NCBI RefSeq assembly: GCF_021028975.2
Contig: NC_059429.1
Coordinates: 57,908,001-57,972,000 of the forward strand
Reading direction: 5' to 3'
Origin: Sphaerodactylus townsendi
Lineage: Eukaryota
Length of the DNA: 64,000 bases
In this document: in pieces, positions 11,101 through 26,100 of the stretch
Numbering within the stretch: position 1 is the first letter of the stretch
How the letters are laid out: every line of letters begins with the position of its first letter
Notes under the pieces: generated by a model
Databases searched by the model: none
The model's input: the letters and a program-made list of their open reading frames with translations, nothing else
What the model was told of the DNA's origin: nothing
Program-made: the position numbers and the translations under genes

Positions 11101-14100
11101 GCTGAAGGGAATTGTAGTTCCTGAACATCTGGAGAGCCGCAGGTTCCCTACCCCTGGTCTAGAAGGACAGGGAACAGGCACACTCCAGTCACAGAGTGAA
11201 TGCTAGCCTTTATGTACATCTATATATAAGAATGAGAATATATAGGTTAATTATGATTTTTCCACTTTTCCTGCAGAAGATCTTCCACATTGGGTACTCT
11301 CTGCTATGAAATGTTTAGCGAACTGTAAGTTAGACAAAGAAAAACACTTTGAAATGCCATAATCTGATATTTTTGTTTTGCATAATGGTAATCATGTACT
11401 GTAATGGTGACTTTTATTGGAGTGGTCTGTTCTGGAGTTCAGATTTCAGGCTTGAGGGTAAACAATAAAATCAGAAAGATCAGTTCATAGGAATGAAATC
11501 ATGATCATGCAGTTACTGCACAGAAGATGTGACAGTGCCAGGATACATTATATACTGGCAATATCATATACTGATATCAATCGCTTACATAAGTGAACTC
11601 ACCCACTAGATCATTCACATAAGTATTCATCTGTATGTTTAAAGGATCTGGCTAGATTTGCCAAAGTTTTCTTGCAAAATAATGCATGGCGGACATCTGT
11701 TCTTTGTCTCCTGCATCTGAGGAGCTAAGGTGCACTGCTCTGAACTTGAATATTACCTTATTAGCTTTTACTGAAATCTAATGCTCTACAAAGTCATCAG
11801 TACTGAATTAAGTAGTCTTATGTTGCATTATGCTATCTCATTATCTTCCACATCAGCTATCATAAGATCTCTTGTGGAAGATCGCATTCCTCATCCAATC
11901 TTCTATCTCTGTAAAGATGGTCTATATTGTAAAGCATTATGGGATTTTGTGGTGAAACAGTGGTGTAGACTTTACTGAGTTGCTATAATGCTGTGGGATT
12001 TCACAAACATTTTGCTGTGAAGTAGCCTACAATAGTATGCTTGCAAAGAGACTTCTGTAAGGAAAGTGCAATGTCTGGAGACAGAGTCCCTCCCACACGC
12101 CACACTTTTCTCCTTCTGAGGTGCTTGGCTGCCTCCTCTGCTAGCTGGCCTCACCTAGGCAACTGGAGCCTCAGGTAACCATCCTTGACTGCTAGAGAAT
12201 GAGGAGGGAAAGGGAAAAAATGCCAGTGGGGGAGCTGGGCAACAGTGGGAAACCAGAAAAAGTGTGAGCTCTGGAGACTCCCTGGAGCTGCTAGGAGGCC
12301 CAGTGGACCAGAAACAGTCTGGGGAAATATGGGATAGGGCAGGCTCTAGCCTTGAGGAGGAGGGATTCGTATCGTCTTTTAAAGACTTGGAGGAGAAATG
12401 ACAGGCTGGAGAGGAACAACAGCCCATTGATCAGGAGGCCAGTCTCTAAAGGGGCTTGGGAGGCATTGGTGAGAACCCTCCCCAGGTACTCCTAAAAGGT
12501 TGTTACCTAGCTTAACAGGGGTTGTGAATTTATTACTAAGGAATCTCCACCAGCTGCTAAGAGTGTAACAGCACACATATGTTTTAAAATAGCAAAGGGG
12601 GAAATAACTTGACTTGGCAATGCGAGAGGTTGCTAGGAGGGGATCTTTTAGACTATGTATACAGGGAATGGATGGCAAGGAGCGTTCCGCAGAGTAATGC
12701 AAGAGTCCAAATTGAGTTTTAAAATATTTATATAAATTTGGTTTCAAAAGCATACATATAGCAAGGCATAAGAGCACATACATACAAGTTCCTAATATAT
12801 AAAAAGGTTGGAAAAGTAGGTGGGAGGATAGAGAGGGAGTTGGGGAAGCAGCAGGGTGATATGTTACCTAACGATCTTAAGGAGCACACAAAGTAGTAGA
12901 AGGCAGGGATTCCACGCCAGCACAGAAACCCGGTAGAAGACGATATATCGTGTCTCACACCAACAGGACAAAGGGAGGTTCAAGTTAGCAATGAGCAAGG
13001 TGTTGCAGGTGAACCAGGCTTTTATAAGGTAGATCATTCTCTTGGCGGGAAAAGGGACCAATTGCACTAAGTTTCGTTTCTACACATCTGTGCTGGGTTT
13101 GGGGTGCTGATCTAATTAATCAGCTCACCTATTACTAAGTCCGGGACAATAGGGCCAATTGCTTTGTTAAGCTAAACAAGAAAACGCTGTAAGGCTTCAT
13201 TCTGTAGAGACACTGCCCAGGTTATTCAGATTTAGCTGAGACATTCGATTAGGACAGTGTGAGTGGTTTAGGAGAGTCATAACAATAGGTGGAGGAAATG
13301 CAGAGAAGCAACCATCCGCTGGCCCCCACATCCGGGCCTATAACATCTACCAAGACCTGCCGCCCCTCCCTGGGGAGAAGAATTTGATATTGGGCTCCGG
13401 GCGCCACCCATGTTTACACCCATGTTTACATTCAATTTTTTACCTAAATATTAATGTTTAGTGAGTTTTCGCTGCTTTTATAAGTTTTAGCCTATTTATG
13501 ATGTTTTAAAATTGTACTTATTATGTGATGTACACCGCCCAGAGCCCTTCGGGGATGGGGCGGTCTAGAAGTCCAAAGTATAAATAAATAAATAAATAAA
13601 TCTGTTGCTGACATGGTTTCTAGAAGAGATAGTGAAATGCTGTATCTGATACCAAGGTGTCTTTCCATATTCTTTTGTCTTACAGTATTTTAGCAAGGTG
13701 TGGTAATCAAGATCATGCCCACAAACAAAATGAGACCTCCAGGTTATGCTGGAGTAACTCATCCCCTTGATTAGATTTTGCAAAGTAAACCTTTGACCTT
13801 TGGCTTGCTGCCAAGTGGACATGCTGCTACCTACACAGAGAGGTGTGTGACAACTGGCTTTTGCCAATATGATTTTTGAAGAAAATATTATGGCAATAAT
13901 ATGTGGGGGGTGATCAGGGCCGTAACAAGGTCTTGTTCTCAGAGCCAGGAGTTAGGCAGGTTAGACCAGGGAGAGGGGAAATTAGGGTAAAGGAATAGTC
14001 CCCCTTCTCCTGATTGCTCCCAGGCATGCTGGAAAAGGAGAAGCTGAAGGCAGATGCTCCGAGGCCAGCCCCCAACCGTTGGAGTCTGACAGGTTGGCTG

Positions 14101-17100
14101 GAACGCCTTCAGGAATTTTATAAGGGACATAAAGGCTTAGGATTGGCATAGTTGAAGGACTGCCTCCTCTTATTCAGTTCAGCCTGTCACTTAAGATCCT
14201 CCTCTGGAGCCCTTCTGTCTACTGCCTTGTCTGCGGCCAACTTGTCGGGACTCAAAACACAGTGCTGCTTTGTGACTTTGTTTTTTGATAGCCATTCATC
14301 TTAGCTAATCTAAGCTACAGAACACTTTGAGTACTATTCTGGATCACAGCACTGTTTATTCATATGAATTGAATGTGGAGATTTTAAGCAATGTTGAATT
14401 TGTTTGATTTGTTTGTATTGTTTTGTATTGTGAGCGATATTTCATGAAATTGGCTATGAACAGTACACAAGAGAAGAGACATTGTAACTTATAATTTATA
14501 TTTTTGATTAAAATCACAGTGCAATATTGTTCAAATTGATACAACAGTTCAATATTGTTCAAATTGTTCAAATTGATACAATCATTTTATTTTGGTACAG
14601 TTTGTTATTATATACGGTTGATTCTGTACCACCCCCAATTGTATTAGTTTTCCCTGCAGAACTGAGGCAGGTGGTGATTGGACATAGATCATTTTCATTA
14701 GTCACACTTTACCTTGGATTGCCTTCCTGCTTGAGGCTTACCTGCTGCCTCCATTACTCTCTTAAAGGCACCAGGCCGAAAACTTCTTTTTTACATGGGT
14801 TTTTAAAATGAGGAATTGGATTATTTAAAAACCTTTTGGTAGGTTTCCATTCCAAAGACCATTTTAGCCTAAAAGGATCTGCACCTATGGTGAATTTTAA
14901 TGATGGTTTTCTGCACTTTAATGACTTTGACACATTTTGCTTCATTGAACAGCCTTAAGCTGGTCACTGGAGAGGCAGCGTATAATTTGCTAAAAATTTA
15001 AGTTATAGGGACAAGCCATAAAAGAGATCAACAGGGACAAAATGCCTGGAGACTGGGTGGCTAAAAGGAGAATGAAAGCTGAGTTCCCTGAATCTGCTTT
15101 GTGTGAAATCAGGCCATTGGTCCAACTAGTTCAGTTTTTGTCTATTTGATAAGCAGTGGCTCTACAGAGTCTCAAGCAGAGAAAGGTCTTTCCCAGCACC
15201 TGTTATTTAAGATACCCTAACTGGAATTGCCAGAGTCTTTTTGCATGCTATCCAACAACCCGGCCCCTGAGCAGAGGCGGAGTGAGGGGAAACTGCGCCC
15301 AGGGTGCATGCGCATCGTGTGCTCCTGCCATAGCACCAACCCCCACCCCCCGGAATGCCCCCTTCACAACCTGGCCATGCCTCTGCTGTGGCTCCGCCCA
15401 GGGTGTCGCACCCCCCTTTCCCAATGGCACTACGCCACTGCCCCTAAATGACAAGCTTTCCTCTGAGCAGTATGTGGAACAAAACTATATGAAGGAGTCA
15501 GAGTTCTGAGGAAAAGAATGGCAGAGAAGATCGAAAAATGAAATAAGAAGGAAATAATGGGAAGGAAACTGGGAGTAAAAATCCTCCATAGGGTCTAAGC
15601 TCAAAAGAAGCTGCATTTGGTGTGCACAAAGCCAGAGCCTGAAAGCGTGGCGTAAGTAGTTAGGGTGTTGAGTCAGAGTAAATATGGAATTAGGAATAGG
15701 ATGTGCCAAGAAGGAAGCAGGGAAAATGTTCACATAGGGTCTATATGCAGAAGGAAACACATGTGATAAATGCTGGTAAGGGAATTCAGTAAGTTCACAA
15801 ACTGATGCTCAAGGAGCTGTAAAGTTGCCAGATCAGACACAGGGAAATCTCCAGTGCCCGTAAACAGTTCCATAGAAGAGCAGATTTTGCTAGTTAATGA
15901 TTTTTTGCAACACATCAGCGTGAAGATGCAGTGAGGATTAAGATTCTCACATTGTGGACCTCTATTAACCTTGGAATGAAAGAGATCATCAATCGCACTT
16001 ATTCAGTGGTGGAAGTATGAAATGGCTTCCTGGAAAAAGCTACAATGTCCAGGTTTCCAAATGTTGTGTGAACAGCAGAGAGATCATGAAAAAAGGATGA
16101 ACAGATAGATGACCAAGGTGTATGTGGGCTTCAGAATTGCATAGTAGGGGGAAATCAAGATTACATAGAAAGTGCAGACAGAAATAGGCATGGTGAAAAT
16201 GGAAAGAGAAACAATTGCTTGAGTAACCTGTAGCAGAAAATAGAATCTGGATTTGTTCCAAGAAGTTAGATTGATTTACAAAACATTTCAGCTTGCAAGG
16301 CTGCTTTAAGTGACAGTAGATTTGGGATGGGGCTTTGGCTCAGTATTGGAGCATCTGCTTTAGACACACAAGGCCCCTAGTTCAATTCCCATCATCTTCA
16401 GTTTTAAAGGTCAGGCAGTGAAAAGTGAGTTCATTCCTGGTACTGTGAAGATCTGCTGCTGCCTGAATACCAAAGGTCAATGTGATGGATTTGAAGTCAT
16501 TTAAAGAAGGTGCTAACGGGAAAAATTCACTTTTATTCTGTTTACTGCTCATGTTTTCTATAGGAAATATTTTGAGGCTTCTCTAATTTCTTGATCCAAA
16601 TAACCAGCAGAGGTCTTTGGAAAAGAATTAAACAGGAAGGTGTGGGCCCAGGGCCGCTCTCTGGTTCTACACAGCTGAGTTAGTTTTAAGAAAAACTTAA
16701 AAATTGAAATAAAGCAAAAGACATCTGACATTAGAAAACAAACAGACAGTTTTACTTAGCAGAATTTAGATCAGTTACAGAATGTGAACTCTCCCGAGGG
16801 AGGGACACGCCCCAATACAAAATTTAGAATGTTACAGGAGATTGCCCTCTCCTGGGTGGCTCTCTAAAGAGGCACGCCCAGTATAGGAAAACCTTAGTTT
16901 TTGTAGATGCAAAGACGTCACACAGTCCTCCCCTTTTGTTCCACGTATGATGATTCATATACCTTAAAAATCTAATTGGTCAGAACTGGTCACATGAAGA
17001 CAGCCCATATTCCTCCGTATCCACATTCAAACGCTACATGCTGTTAGTTTATGGCCTCTATGCATATACAAAGAACAGTAATAAAAGGTAGCTTGTTGTC

Positions 17101-20100
17101 TTCAAGAAAAACCCGTTTTGCTAGGTTTCTCTCAGAGAGCGAGCTATGTCCCCAGGCTATGCAGCATTCCTTAGCTCATAAACCTTTTCTTTTGCCATTC
17201 CCCAGTTTGAAATGTTAAAACATGATTCTAACAATTATAGGATTATAGTAAAATACAAATACATGTGAATGTGAATCACTTATCATTTATGTGTTCATTT
17301 AGCTATATAGAAAAACACTTTGTTGATTTAACTAATCACATTCATTTCTAACCCAAAAACCCAAGTTATAAAATTGCATTTGTCTTCTGTCACGTAGTAA
17401 CCTGTAGTTACAAGATCTCAAAGCTGTTATCTTGCTTGCCCGCATAGTTGGTAACATTCCTTTGACCTGTTACAAAACTGCAGGCTTGCTGACCTGTTGC
17501 TAAAATGCAAGCTTCTACTGGTCACTATACAGAAGCTCCATTTTGATTCTTTGCAAATCTTTGGTTCATTTGAATTTCCCATAATTCTTGATTAAACAAA
17601 TTTATACACATTCTGGCCTGTTCCCACAAAGGAATATGGTGCTTTATAAGAACAAGAAGGAAAGCAACAAATATCACTTCTGGGAGATAAATGAAACAGT
17701 AACATTTCATATCTCTTAAAATATTTTTACTTCTCTGTATTGCCAAAGTATATTTTGATATTATTACTGTATCTAAATTTTACTTTTGATTTTCCAAAAA
17801 ATGTCATTGGTGCAGATAATACATGACATAAGATCTTTACTGCAGCAGCGCTAGGCATTCCTGTGCTATTTACTTTTCATACTGTAATTCTTTAAGTAAT
17901 ACCAAATCCATTTTTCTGAGACTTTCTTTTTTCTGTATTTAGGGCCTAGAAGTAATGACATGAGCCAGCCAACTTATGTGGGCTTTGAACGAGATGTATT
18001 TAAAACCGTTGCTGACTATTTTCTTAGCCTCCCTGAACCTTTGCTTACTTTTGAGTACTATGAACTGTTTGTGAACATTTTAGGTATGTATTTGTGTATC
18101 TGTGCATTCAAAACGTTTGGGCAATTGAGAAGATGGATTAAAATGTCGTGAATCTGAGGGAGTAAGCAGGCTGTTTTTTAGGGTAAACAGTAACTGCATT
18201 TTAGAATAAGTAATATAATCTATTACAAATCCCTGTGGCTTCTTGTTTGACGATATCGTAGTCTAGGTTCTGATTGTTGATCTCAGAATGATTTTTTTGT
18301 CCTTAGCCTTGCACATTTGGGCTAATGGTTGCATGTTTGTATTTGAATGACCTCTGATAGAGCAAGTGTTTTCTCAGCATTATTAACTCTAAACTTTAAC
18401 CTCTGCCTTGTTACCTTTTCTGATTTGGTTGCTTGCTTGTTGTCCTGTCACACCACTTGCATCTTAATTTGTATTTCATTTTCTGATAGTCTCGTGTGGC
18501 TACATCACAATTCCAAATAGATCCTGTGGGAATCCTAGTACCCGGAATGAGTTGGAGCTTCCAAAAACTCCACGTTTAAACTCTTTCAAATCAACTGAAT
18601 GTCTCCTGCTAAGTTTGCTTCATCATGATACTGACAAAAAAGATGAATCTGAGACTTCTGGAACTGTTTCTAAAAAGACATATAGGATTGAAAGAGATTC
18701 TGGTGCAAAGTTGCAGCAATATAAAATGGCTCATAAGCGCGGCAGTGTCCATGAACTAATGGGTGGCAGTTGCCAGAATCTTTCAAGACTAAAAAATGAA
18801 CATGCTGTGCCTCTCGCACGTAATGCAAGGTGTTGCTCTTTGGAGGGAATTGCAGATACCACAGAAATTATGCATAGTAAAGATGGATTTAAAATGTTTT
18901 CTCAAGCTGGAATTCACATTATGCCAGTCACAAAAAATGAAAATCAGGTGCTCCATTCACGGTATAAACCAGACTCTTTGATGGATCTCTGTTCTCATAA
19001 CGCTAATAAAAAACAATCAGGTGGTATCAAGAGAGTTTTTACATCAGTTGTTACGGACCAAGAACTACATAGTGACAATTACAAGCCAAAGCAACTTTGC
19101 AGGTCTCAAAGTTTACATGAAAGAAACAAATCCAGCCAATATGGCATCAATGCTCCAGTTGCAGAGATCACAGTGAAACCACATCCAGTAAACCACAAAA
19201 ACCAAAGTATTACTAAATTGGTTGCTAAAATAGGAAGTGAGCTTGAATGTTCTGATACTGTCATCAATCAGAGACTCTGCAAAAGTTCCACAGAACTTTC
19301 AGAAAACATACTTTCTCCTGCCTCCTTTATGTTGACTGGCACATCAAGTAAGACTGTTTTCCAGAGCATGGTTTTTGTTTAAGTAACCTTTTTCTGCTTT
19401 CTGTTGAACTGCTAGGTTTGTCAAAGCCTCTGGCCTGTGAGGCTAAGGAAGGTGTTAACCTAATACTTTGCAAGGCAAGCATTGGTATCTTCTGTGCATG
19501 CTAATACAAAGAATTTCTTGTCCTGTCCAACCTGTGATGTTTTTCTGGTTTATCATATTTGTACTTAGTAAGGAAAGGCTTTTTACCATCTAAACATGGG
19601 GGAGGGGGGCAGAGAGAGATTTGATCCTGATTTTAAATCACATTTCTAGTCTCCCAGCATCTATTTGCACAACTAAATGATGTTTATAACTAGAGTGCAC
19701 AGAATACTTCAACATAAAAAAATAATTTATTGCTGTTCACCTGAATTGTTGAAGCAAAATGAGGTACATTCAAATCTAGATATTTAGTCAAGAGGTCTAG
19801 AGAAGAATAAAAAATTTAATGCACTACAAAAAGATAATTTATTTTAAAATGCAAAAGAAAGAATTGCTGTTATTGCTTTTGATATATTGACAGTCTATTG
19901 CATATCCCCAATTCCCTAGGTCTGTTTCACCCTCATTTAGAAAGAGTAGCCATTGAAGCCCTGCAGATATGCTGTTTGCTACTTCCACCACCCAGTCGCA
20001 GAAAACTTCAACTCTTAATGCGCATGATCTCCCGAATGAGCGAAAATGTTGATATGCCACGCCTCCATGACACAGTGGGCACAAGGTCTTTGGTAATATT

Positions 20101-23100
20101 CCTTTGTTTCCACAAGTCGTTTTTAAATTTTTCAGCCTGTGTGTGGCTTTAACCAGGACACGTTATACTTTATAAATAATATAGATGCAGTTATTGAGCT
20201 TTCCTTATGCTCATTTCATGTTGCTATAGAGGGGGATTAGCATGGTGAGGAATGGAGTTTTTAGATGTTATCAGATTTTTATTCGATGTCTCATGCTGCT
20301 GTACTGCATTGTTTTACAACCAGGGTCTCAAGAGGGCTTTCAATAATAGAAATCTCTTTGTTACATAGTTTGTTTAAATGTTTTCAGATGATACAGACAT
20401 TTTCTCGATGTGTGTTGCGTTGTGAAGAAGAAGTAGACCTTGATGAGCTGCTTGCCGTTAGATTAGTTGCTTTTTTAATGGATCATCATCAAGATATTTT
20501 TGAAGTCCCAACTTATTTACATGTTGCAGCACAAGACCATATAGAGTCTTTAAAAACTACTCAGGTAAGGTAATTCAGAAACAATTAAAGCTGCTCTTTT
20601 TAAAGAGAAGCTCCTGTGACCCAGCGATTTAGTTATTGGAGTCACTAATAATGTCTACTCATGATTCATGGTTGAACTGTTGAGTTTAGTGGTTCTTGCC
20701 ACATGTGTACGGGCTCCTTGGCAGTTGTAACATACATTTCTTGAATAAATGACTATGTAATGCTTGGGTTTTGACCAGATGAGTTTACACATTGCTAGGG
20801 TTAGTCTTATATTTGTCACAAAAGCAACAGAATTCTACTTGAAAGCAAAGAGAACATACTGGCACAGTCCAGACTCTGTCATATATGTCTGTGCATATCT
20901 TTGTGTCAAGAATTTTTAGCAGCACACTCTTCCATAGAGGAAGTGCTTTGATGTGATGGCAGTAGAGCTGACCCTGTTATGCTCTAGGTATGAAGTTCCT
21001 ATCTCAGGTACAATATAAGTCATGTTTAAAGCAGATCTTTGTCTAATAATTAATCTCCCTTGTTTTCAGATTATGCATTCTGAATAGGAACTGCCTTAAA
21101 AGCTTCCTGTTCCAGAGATAATTATGAGTCCTTAGTGAAAGCATCAGTCTTTGTCAGAAGAAACGTGTTCCTTATCATTTGTGTCAGTTTCAAGCATTCT
21201 TTCTCCCCTGTGTAGATATAGTGGCCATGAAGTATAATTGATAGGATCAGTGACTTTAGTATAGATCTCCAAGTTTTAAACTCATTGTACTAGATGTGCC
21301 TCTGATGAAAGTAGTAATATCTCTGAATCTTGTTCTGGGGAAGTCAACTACACATGCTGTAATTTCACTGTTTTCCAGGGCATGGGAATTTCCTGAATGT
21401 AAGACTAGACTGTGTCTTGCAAGGCGGCCTTGCTAAATGGTAGAAGATCAGAAGCAGAAGAAAACAAAATCCAGTGGCACCTTAAAGATGAGCTCAATTT
21501 CTATTCCAGCATGAGCTTTCATGAGTCAGAGCTCATTTTTTTAAAGATACAGACAGGAAGAAAATAACTTTGGAGATTATAACAAATAACAGAAGGTGGT
21601 CGGGAGAAAGAAGAGCTGGAACTGAGAGACCTGATGTGAATCCTGTGATAAATATTTCAGATGTGATTCCCTGTATAAGGGCCTAGAACAGATTTGGTTG
21701 TTACGCTTGACTGATAATGAAAGAGATCAGATGTTCTAGCCTCTCATGGCATACAGTTAATGAAATAGGATAAACGTATCTAATCAAAGAAACAATCAAA
21801 AGCATGAGAAAACTCACTACATTCAGTAAAGGCTTGTAGTTGAATACAACATCAAGAACAGTAGTGTTAAGAACAGTATTATTTAGTTGTTAGAAATTTT
21901 AACTGGTAAGGTAATTCAGGCTTCTGTTTAGAGCAGGATGAGTGTCCAATTTCTTAATGAGTTGTAATATTTCTGTGAAGTATTCTGCCACATACACATT
22001 TTATAGAATTGTGACTCTCTGATTGGCAGTAGTGTGTCCAGGAAAATTCAAATGTTTCTTCACATGAGAGTGGAACTTCTGACTCCTCTCATTGAGTACT
22101 GTATGTGTAACAACCAAATCCATTTCAGATCCTTTGTCTTTAAGGTGCTGCTGGACTTCTGTTTCATTTCATTATAATGGACTAATGTAGGGATGGCTAA
22201 ACTGCAGCTTGTAAGCCACATGCAGCTCTTTGCCACATAATATGTGGCTTGTTGGCAGGGAAGGCTGGTCGGTGGAGATGGCTCCCCCTCTTCTGGCCTG
22301 TCTCCTTCTGTCCATGTCCTTACCCTGGCCACATTGCTACACTTTGCTATGGGACAGGGTGACCAGAAGGAGCCACAAGAGCCTGAGTTTTAAAAGTGGT
22401 TTACCATGTAGCATGTGTAGTTAGAGGGACTGCTGTTTGAAAAATACAAGCCTCAAGTCCCTGATGGACACATAGAAGGAATTCTAGCAACCAACTTCTC
22501 TTTACAACTCAGCTACTCCTAAAGCAGGGGTAGGGAACCTGCGGCTCTCCAGATGTTCAGGAACTACAATTCCCATCAGCCTCTGTCAGCATGGCCAATT
22601 GGCCATGCTGGTAGGGGCTGATGGGAATTGTAGTTCCTGAACATCTGGAGAGCCGCAGGTTCCCTACCCCTGTCCTAAAGCATGTAGCCAGATTGTAATT
22701 GTAAGCCATTTTCAGACTCCTTAAGCTAGAGAAAAGCAGGGTATAAAACCCAACTCTTCTTCAAATTGAATATATTCTCATCTTTGCTGCTCATTCTAAT
22801 ATTTTTAAAAGAATTTAGCAGATGTCATGTACCAAAACGCTTTCAGAAATAATTTAAAAATAATCATTTATGTGGTATAAATTGGCAGAAAAAGTGTTCC
22901 TTGGAAACAGGAATCTCTGGCAGTCTTTGCAGAGCACCTTCCCGGGGTTTAAAATCATGGGTCTACAACGTTTTTGACCCCGCAGGCACATTTGGAATTC
23001 TGGCATGGCAGGGTGGGTGCAGTAGTAAAATGGCTGACACAGGAGGCACAGTGCAACAGCACCCACTCCCTGAGGGAAAACAGAGGCCCCAAAAAGGGAG

Positions 23101-26100
23101 GGAAGCCTGTTGCTGAGGGTGGATATTTGGGTAGCTGATTTGGTTGGCCTACGGCACTCCCCTCAACTCTCGCACGCACACACACAGGCCTTTTAAACAG
23201 GACTCCTGTCAGGGCAAATTAATCTATAGTTATAAAGCTGCCACCATAAACTGGAGTAAAATAACTGAAAGAGAGACTTTTGAAAGCTTAAAAACACAAA
23301 AACTGGATTTTATTTAACAAACTTCTCTCTGGTTGTTGGTTCAGAGAGGCACTCAAGCATTACTTTAGGCAGATATATCTTAGCAGTTACAGAGCAAGCA
23401 GTTTCAGTAAAATGGCTTTCAGAACAGACTTTAGCATTGAACACATACAGGTGACGCTGTAAGGGCAAACCTTCCACCCACAGTCTGGAACCCATTCCTT
23501 AAACACCCACCCTTATCTCCAAAGGGAATTCTTGCTGGCTTAGGAGGTTCTCCGTGTAATAAGTTTCCCTTTAGTCTCCCACCAACTAGACCTCTAGCCT
23601 CTGGTATGCTCCAGTCCTCCCTCACTATCTCTCTGAGATCACTCAGAGGAATCTGGCCACCTAGCCTTCCTCTCTCTGTCTCTGGCCTTTCTGCCACTAG
23701 ACAAAATCTCTAGACTGACTGAGGAAATGACAGGCAGGAATCTTTTTGTGTCACACCAACTCTCAGTCTGCTTTTCAAGACTCTCAATTCCCTCTCTGCT
23801 TTCTGACAGGCTTCTTCCTGCTTTTAAAGCAACCAGAGCACCCTAGCTGTGGCTGCCAGCTATACCATTACAGCCTAGCCAATCAGGCTGTGCTCTGGCT
23901 GTTATTGTGGTGCTCTTGCTCTGGCTAACTGCACCTTTGCAAATTAACCCCATAAGAGCCTAATCCGGTACCCGCAGCCATCCCCAAAATGATTGCCACA
24001 GCTTAACTTCAGTGACATAATGCAGAGTCTTGCACTATGGGAACAGCTGCCAAAGCCACATTAAAAAATCCATAGACAATTAAATTTTCAATAGTCGATC
24101 AGCAGTCTTGCTCACAACAAATATGGAGATTCACAATATTTCTATTAGCAGTAATAGCCAGTAATTATCACTAACATTTTTCTCCATGTTTAGTCCAGCT
24201 ATTTAGTCTCAACCATTAGCAAAATCTTTACCCCTTTTGTTTTTATTTTCAGTAGTCTCATTTAATATTAATAAAAATTACATACATGAGTAATTATTAT
24301 GTGTGTGTATTTCCGAATATTTATATGAAAGGTTTGTAACAAAACATGCATGCAACAATAAACATGTGTAATATTTGTTCATGTCTTGTGGCTCTCAGAC
24401 ATCTGAAGTTTATTCTACGTTCTTACGTTAAGCAAATTTGGTCACCACTGGACTAACAGTGGTGTTAGTGGGGAAGTTTCTGTTGTACACCGCCCTGAGC
24501 CCTGTTGGGATAGGGCGATATAAAAATCTGATAAATAAATAAATAAACATAATAAATAGCTAAAATAAACTACTGTTCTGAAATTATCTGAGGCTGAAAC
24601 AACTTTTTTTTTCTTAATTCTGCCCAGCTTTTTTATATGAAGTCATAGTTAGGTTATTACTCTTAAGAAGACTGTTTAGTTGTTTAACTTGCCAAGCTAT
24701 GCTACAAATTTATGTAGTGATAGTATTTTATAGTGTTCTTTTGCAACTTTTCCAAGTGCATTGCGTAATTTCTGTCAATCCTTATAGTCCCTATAAGTAG
24801 ACCAGTGTTATGCACATATTAGAAAAGGAAGTCACTATGAGAATAGTGGCTTATCTAAGGCCACAGAGTTCCTGATTGTGCTGACATTTGAACTGGAGTC
24901 TTCACACTGACTTCTTGCTGTTAAGTTTTACTGGATCTCTTTTTATGGTCAAAATACTGACTTTCTCTGTTACTTTGTTGGTTTACAGAAGGCATGTCTT
25001 GGGAAAGATCTGAGTGCTGTATTTCCTACTTATTCCTACTGCAAGAGGATAACAACTCGGGAATTTGATGAACAAAAAGTTTCTACTTCTCAGGCTGCAG
25101 TTGCTGAGCTCCTGGAAAGCATTATTAAGGACAGAAATTTATCTTTTAAAGATAAGAAGAAAAAGCTCAAACGGGTAACACAAGAGTGTTCTACTAAAAT
25201 CTTCATAGAGATTACCATTTTGCAGGACATTTTTAAACATTTGAAGGGTTACTAATAAGAGACCACAATCAATTTGTTCCATTTGCATGTTATAGGAAAA
25301 ATGTCTTGAAGTGGATACTTCAGATGTGGGGACCACAAATACCCCCTGAGGTGTTGCTCCTGGGAGAGAAGGGAATCCCAGGAATAGTTGAGTGGAATTG
25401 CATACCTCACCCATTCCCTTTGTGCCAGCAGTAATTTCAAGCAGGATCCAAGCCCAGGTGTTGTTCCTTTGATCAGATCTGTTTTTAAAGACACAAAACT
25501 CCCCTCCTAATTGCTGCTTTAAGTGCAGCAATGTATTTAAGGGCTTGTGTTGCAACAGCTGAACAGGCATCCTTGAAGTCAACAGGGAAATTTTAGCTAT
25601 TGCAAAATGCAGCTGCTCTCTAAGTTATGTGATCATGCTGATGATGAAAATACTGGTTCCTGTTCTGAAACAAATACTGGACTACAAATTAACTTCTGAT
25701 TTTAATTCAAATGCCAGTTTTGACTTGTTTAAAGCCCTTCACTATCTAGAGTCCATGTACATGAAAGAGCGCCTCTACTGTGGGCTTTTCCTGTAATTGC
25801 TCCACAGCTGTGGAACATGTTATCAGTGGATGTCTGTCAGAACATCTCTCTCATGTCCTTTAGGAGGACAAACAAGATGTTTTTCAGGAAGATTTCTGTT
25901 GACTGTGGAATCTTTTTGTTATTGATAGGCATGCAGCAAGTGGGGGCGCTGCCATTTTAAACACTTAGTCGCCTTTTTGCTAACACTTGTCTACTGTTGG
26001 GATGTGGGGTGCAAGTATCATTGGTCTCTGTACCCTTTGTGCAGCATAACTGTAATAGGCAGGAACATCCACAGTGTGATGCTGACATGTCAATGCAAGT

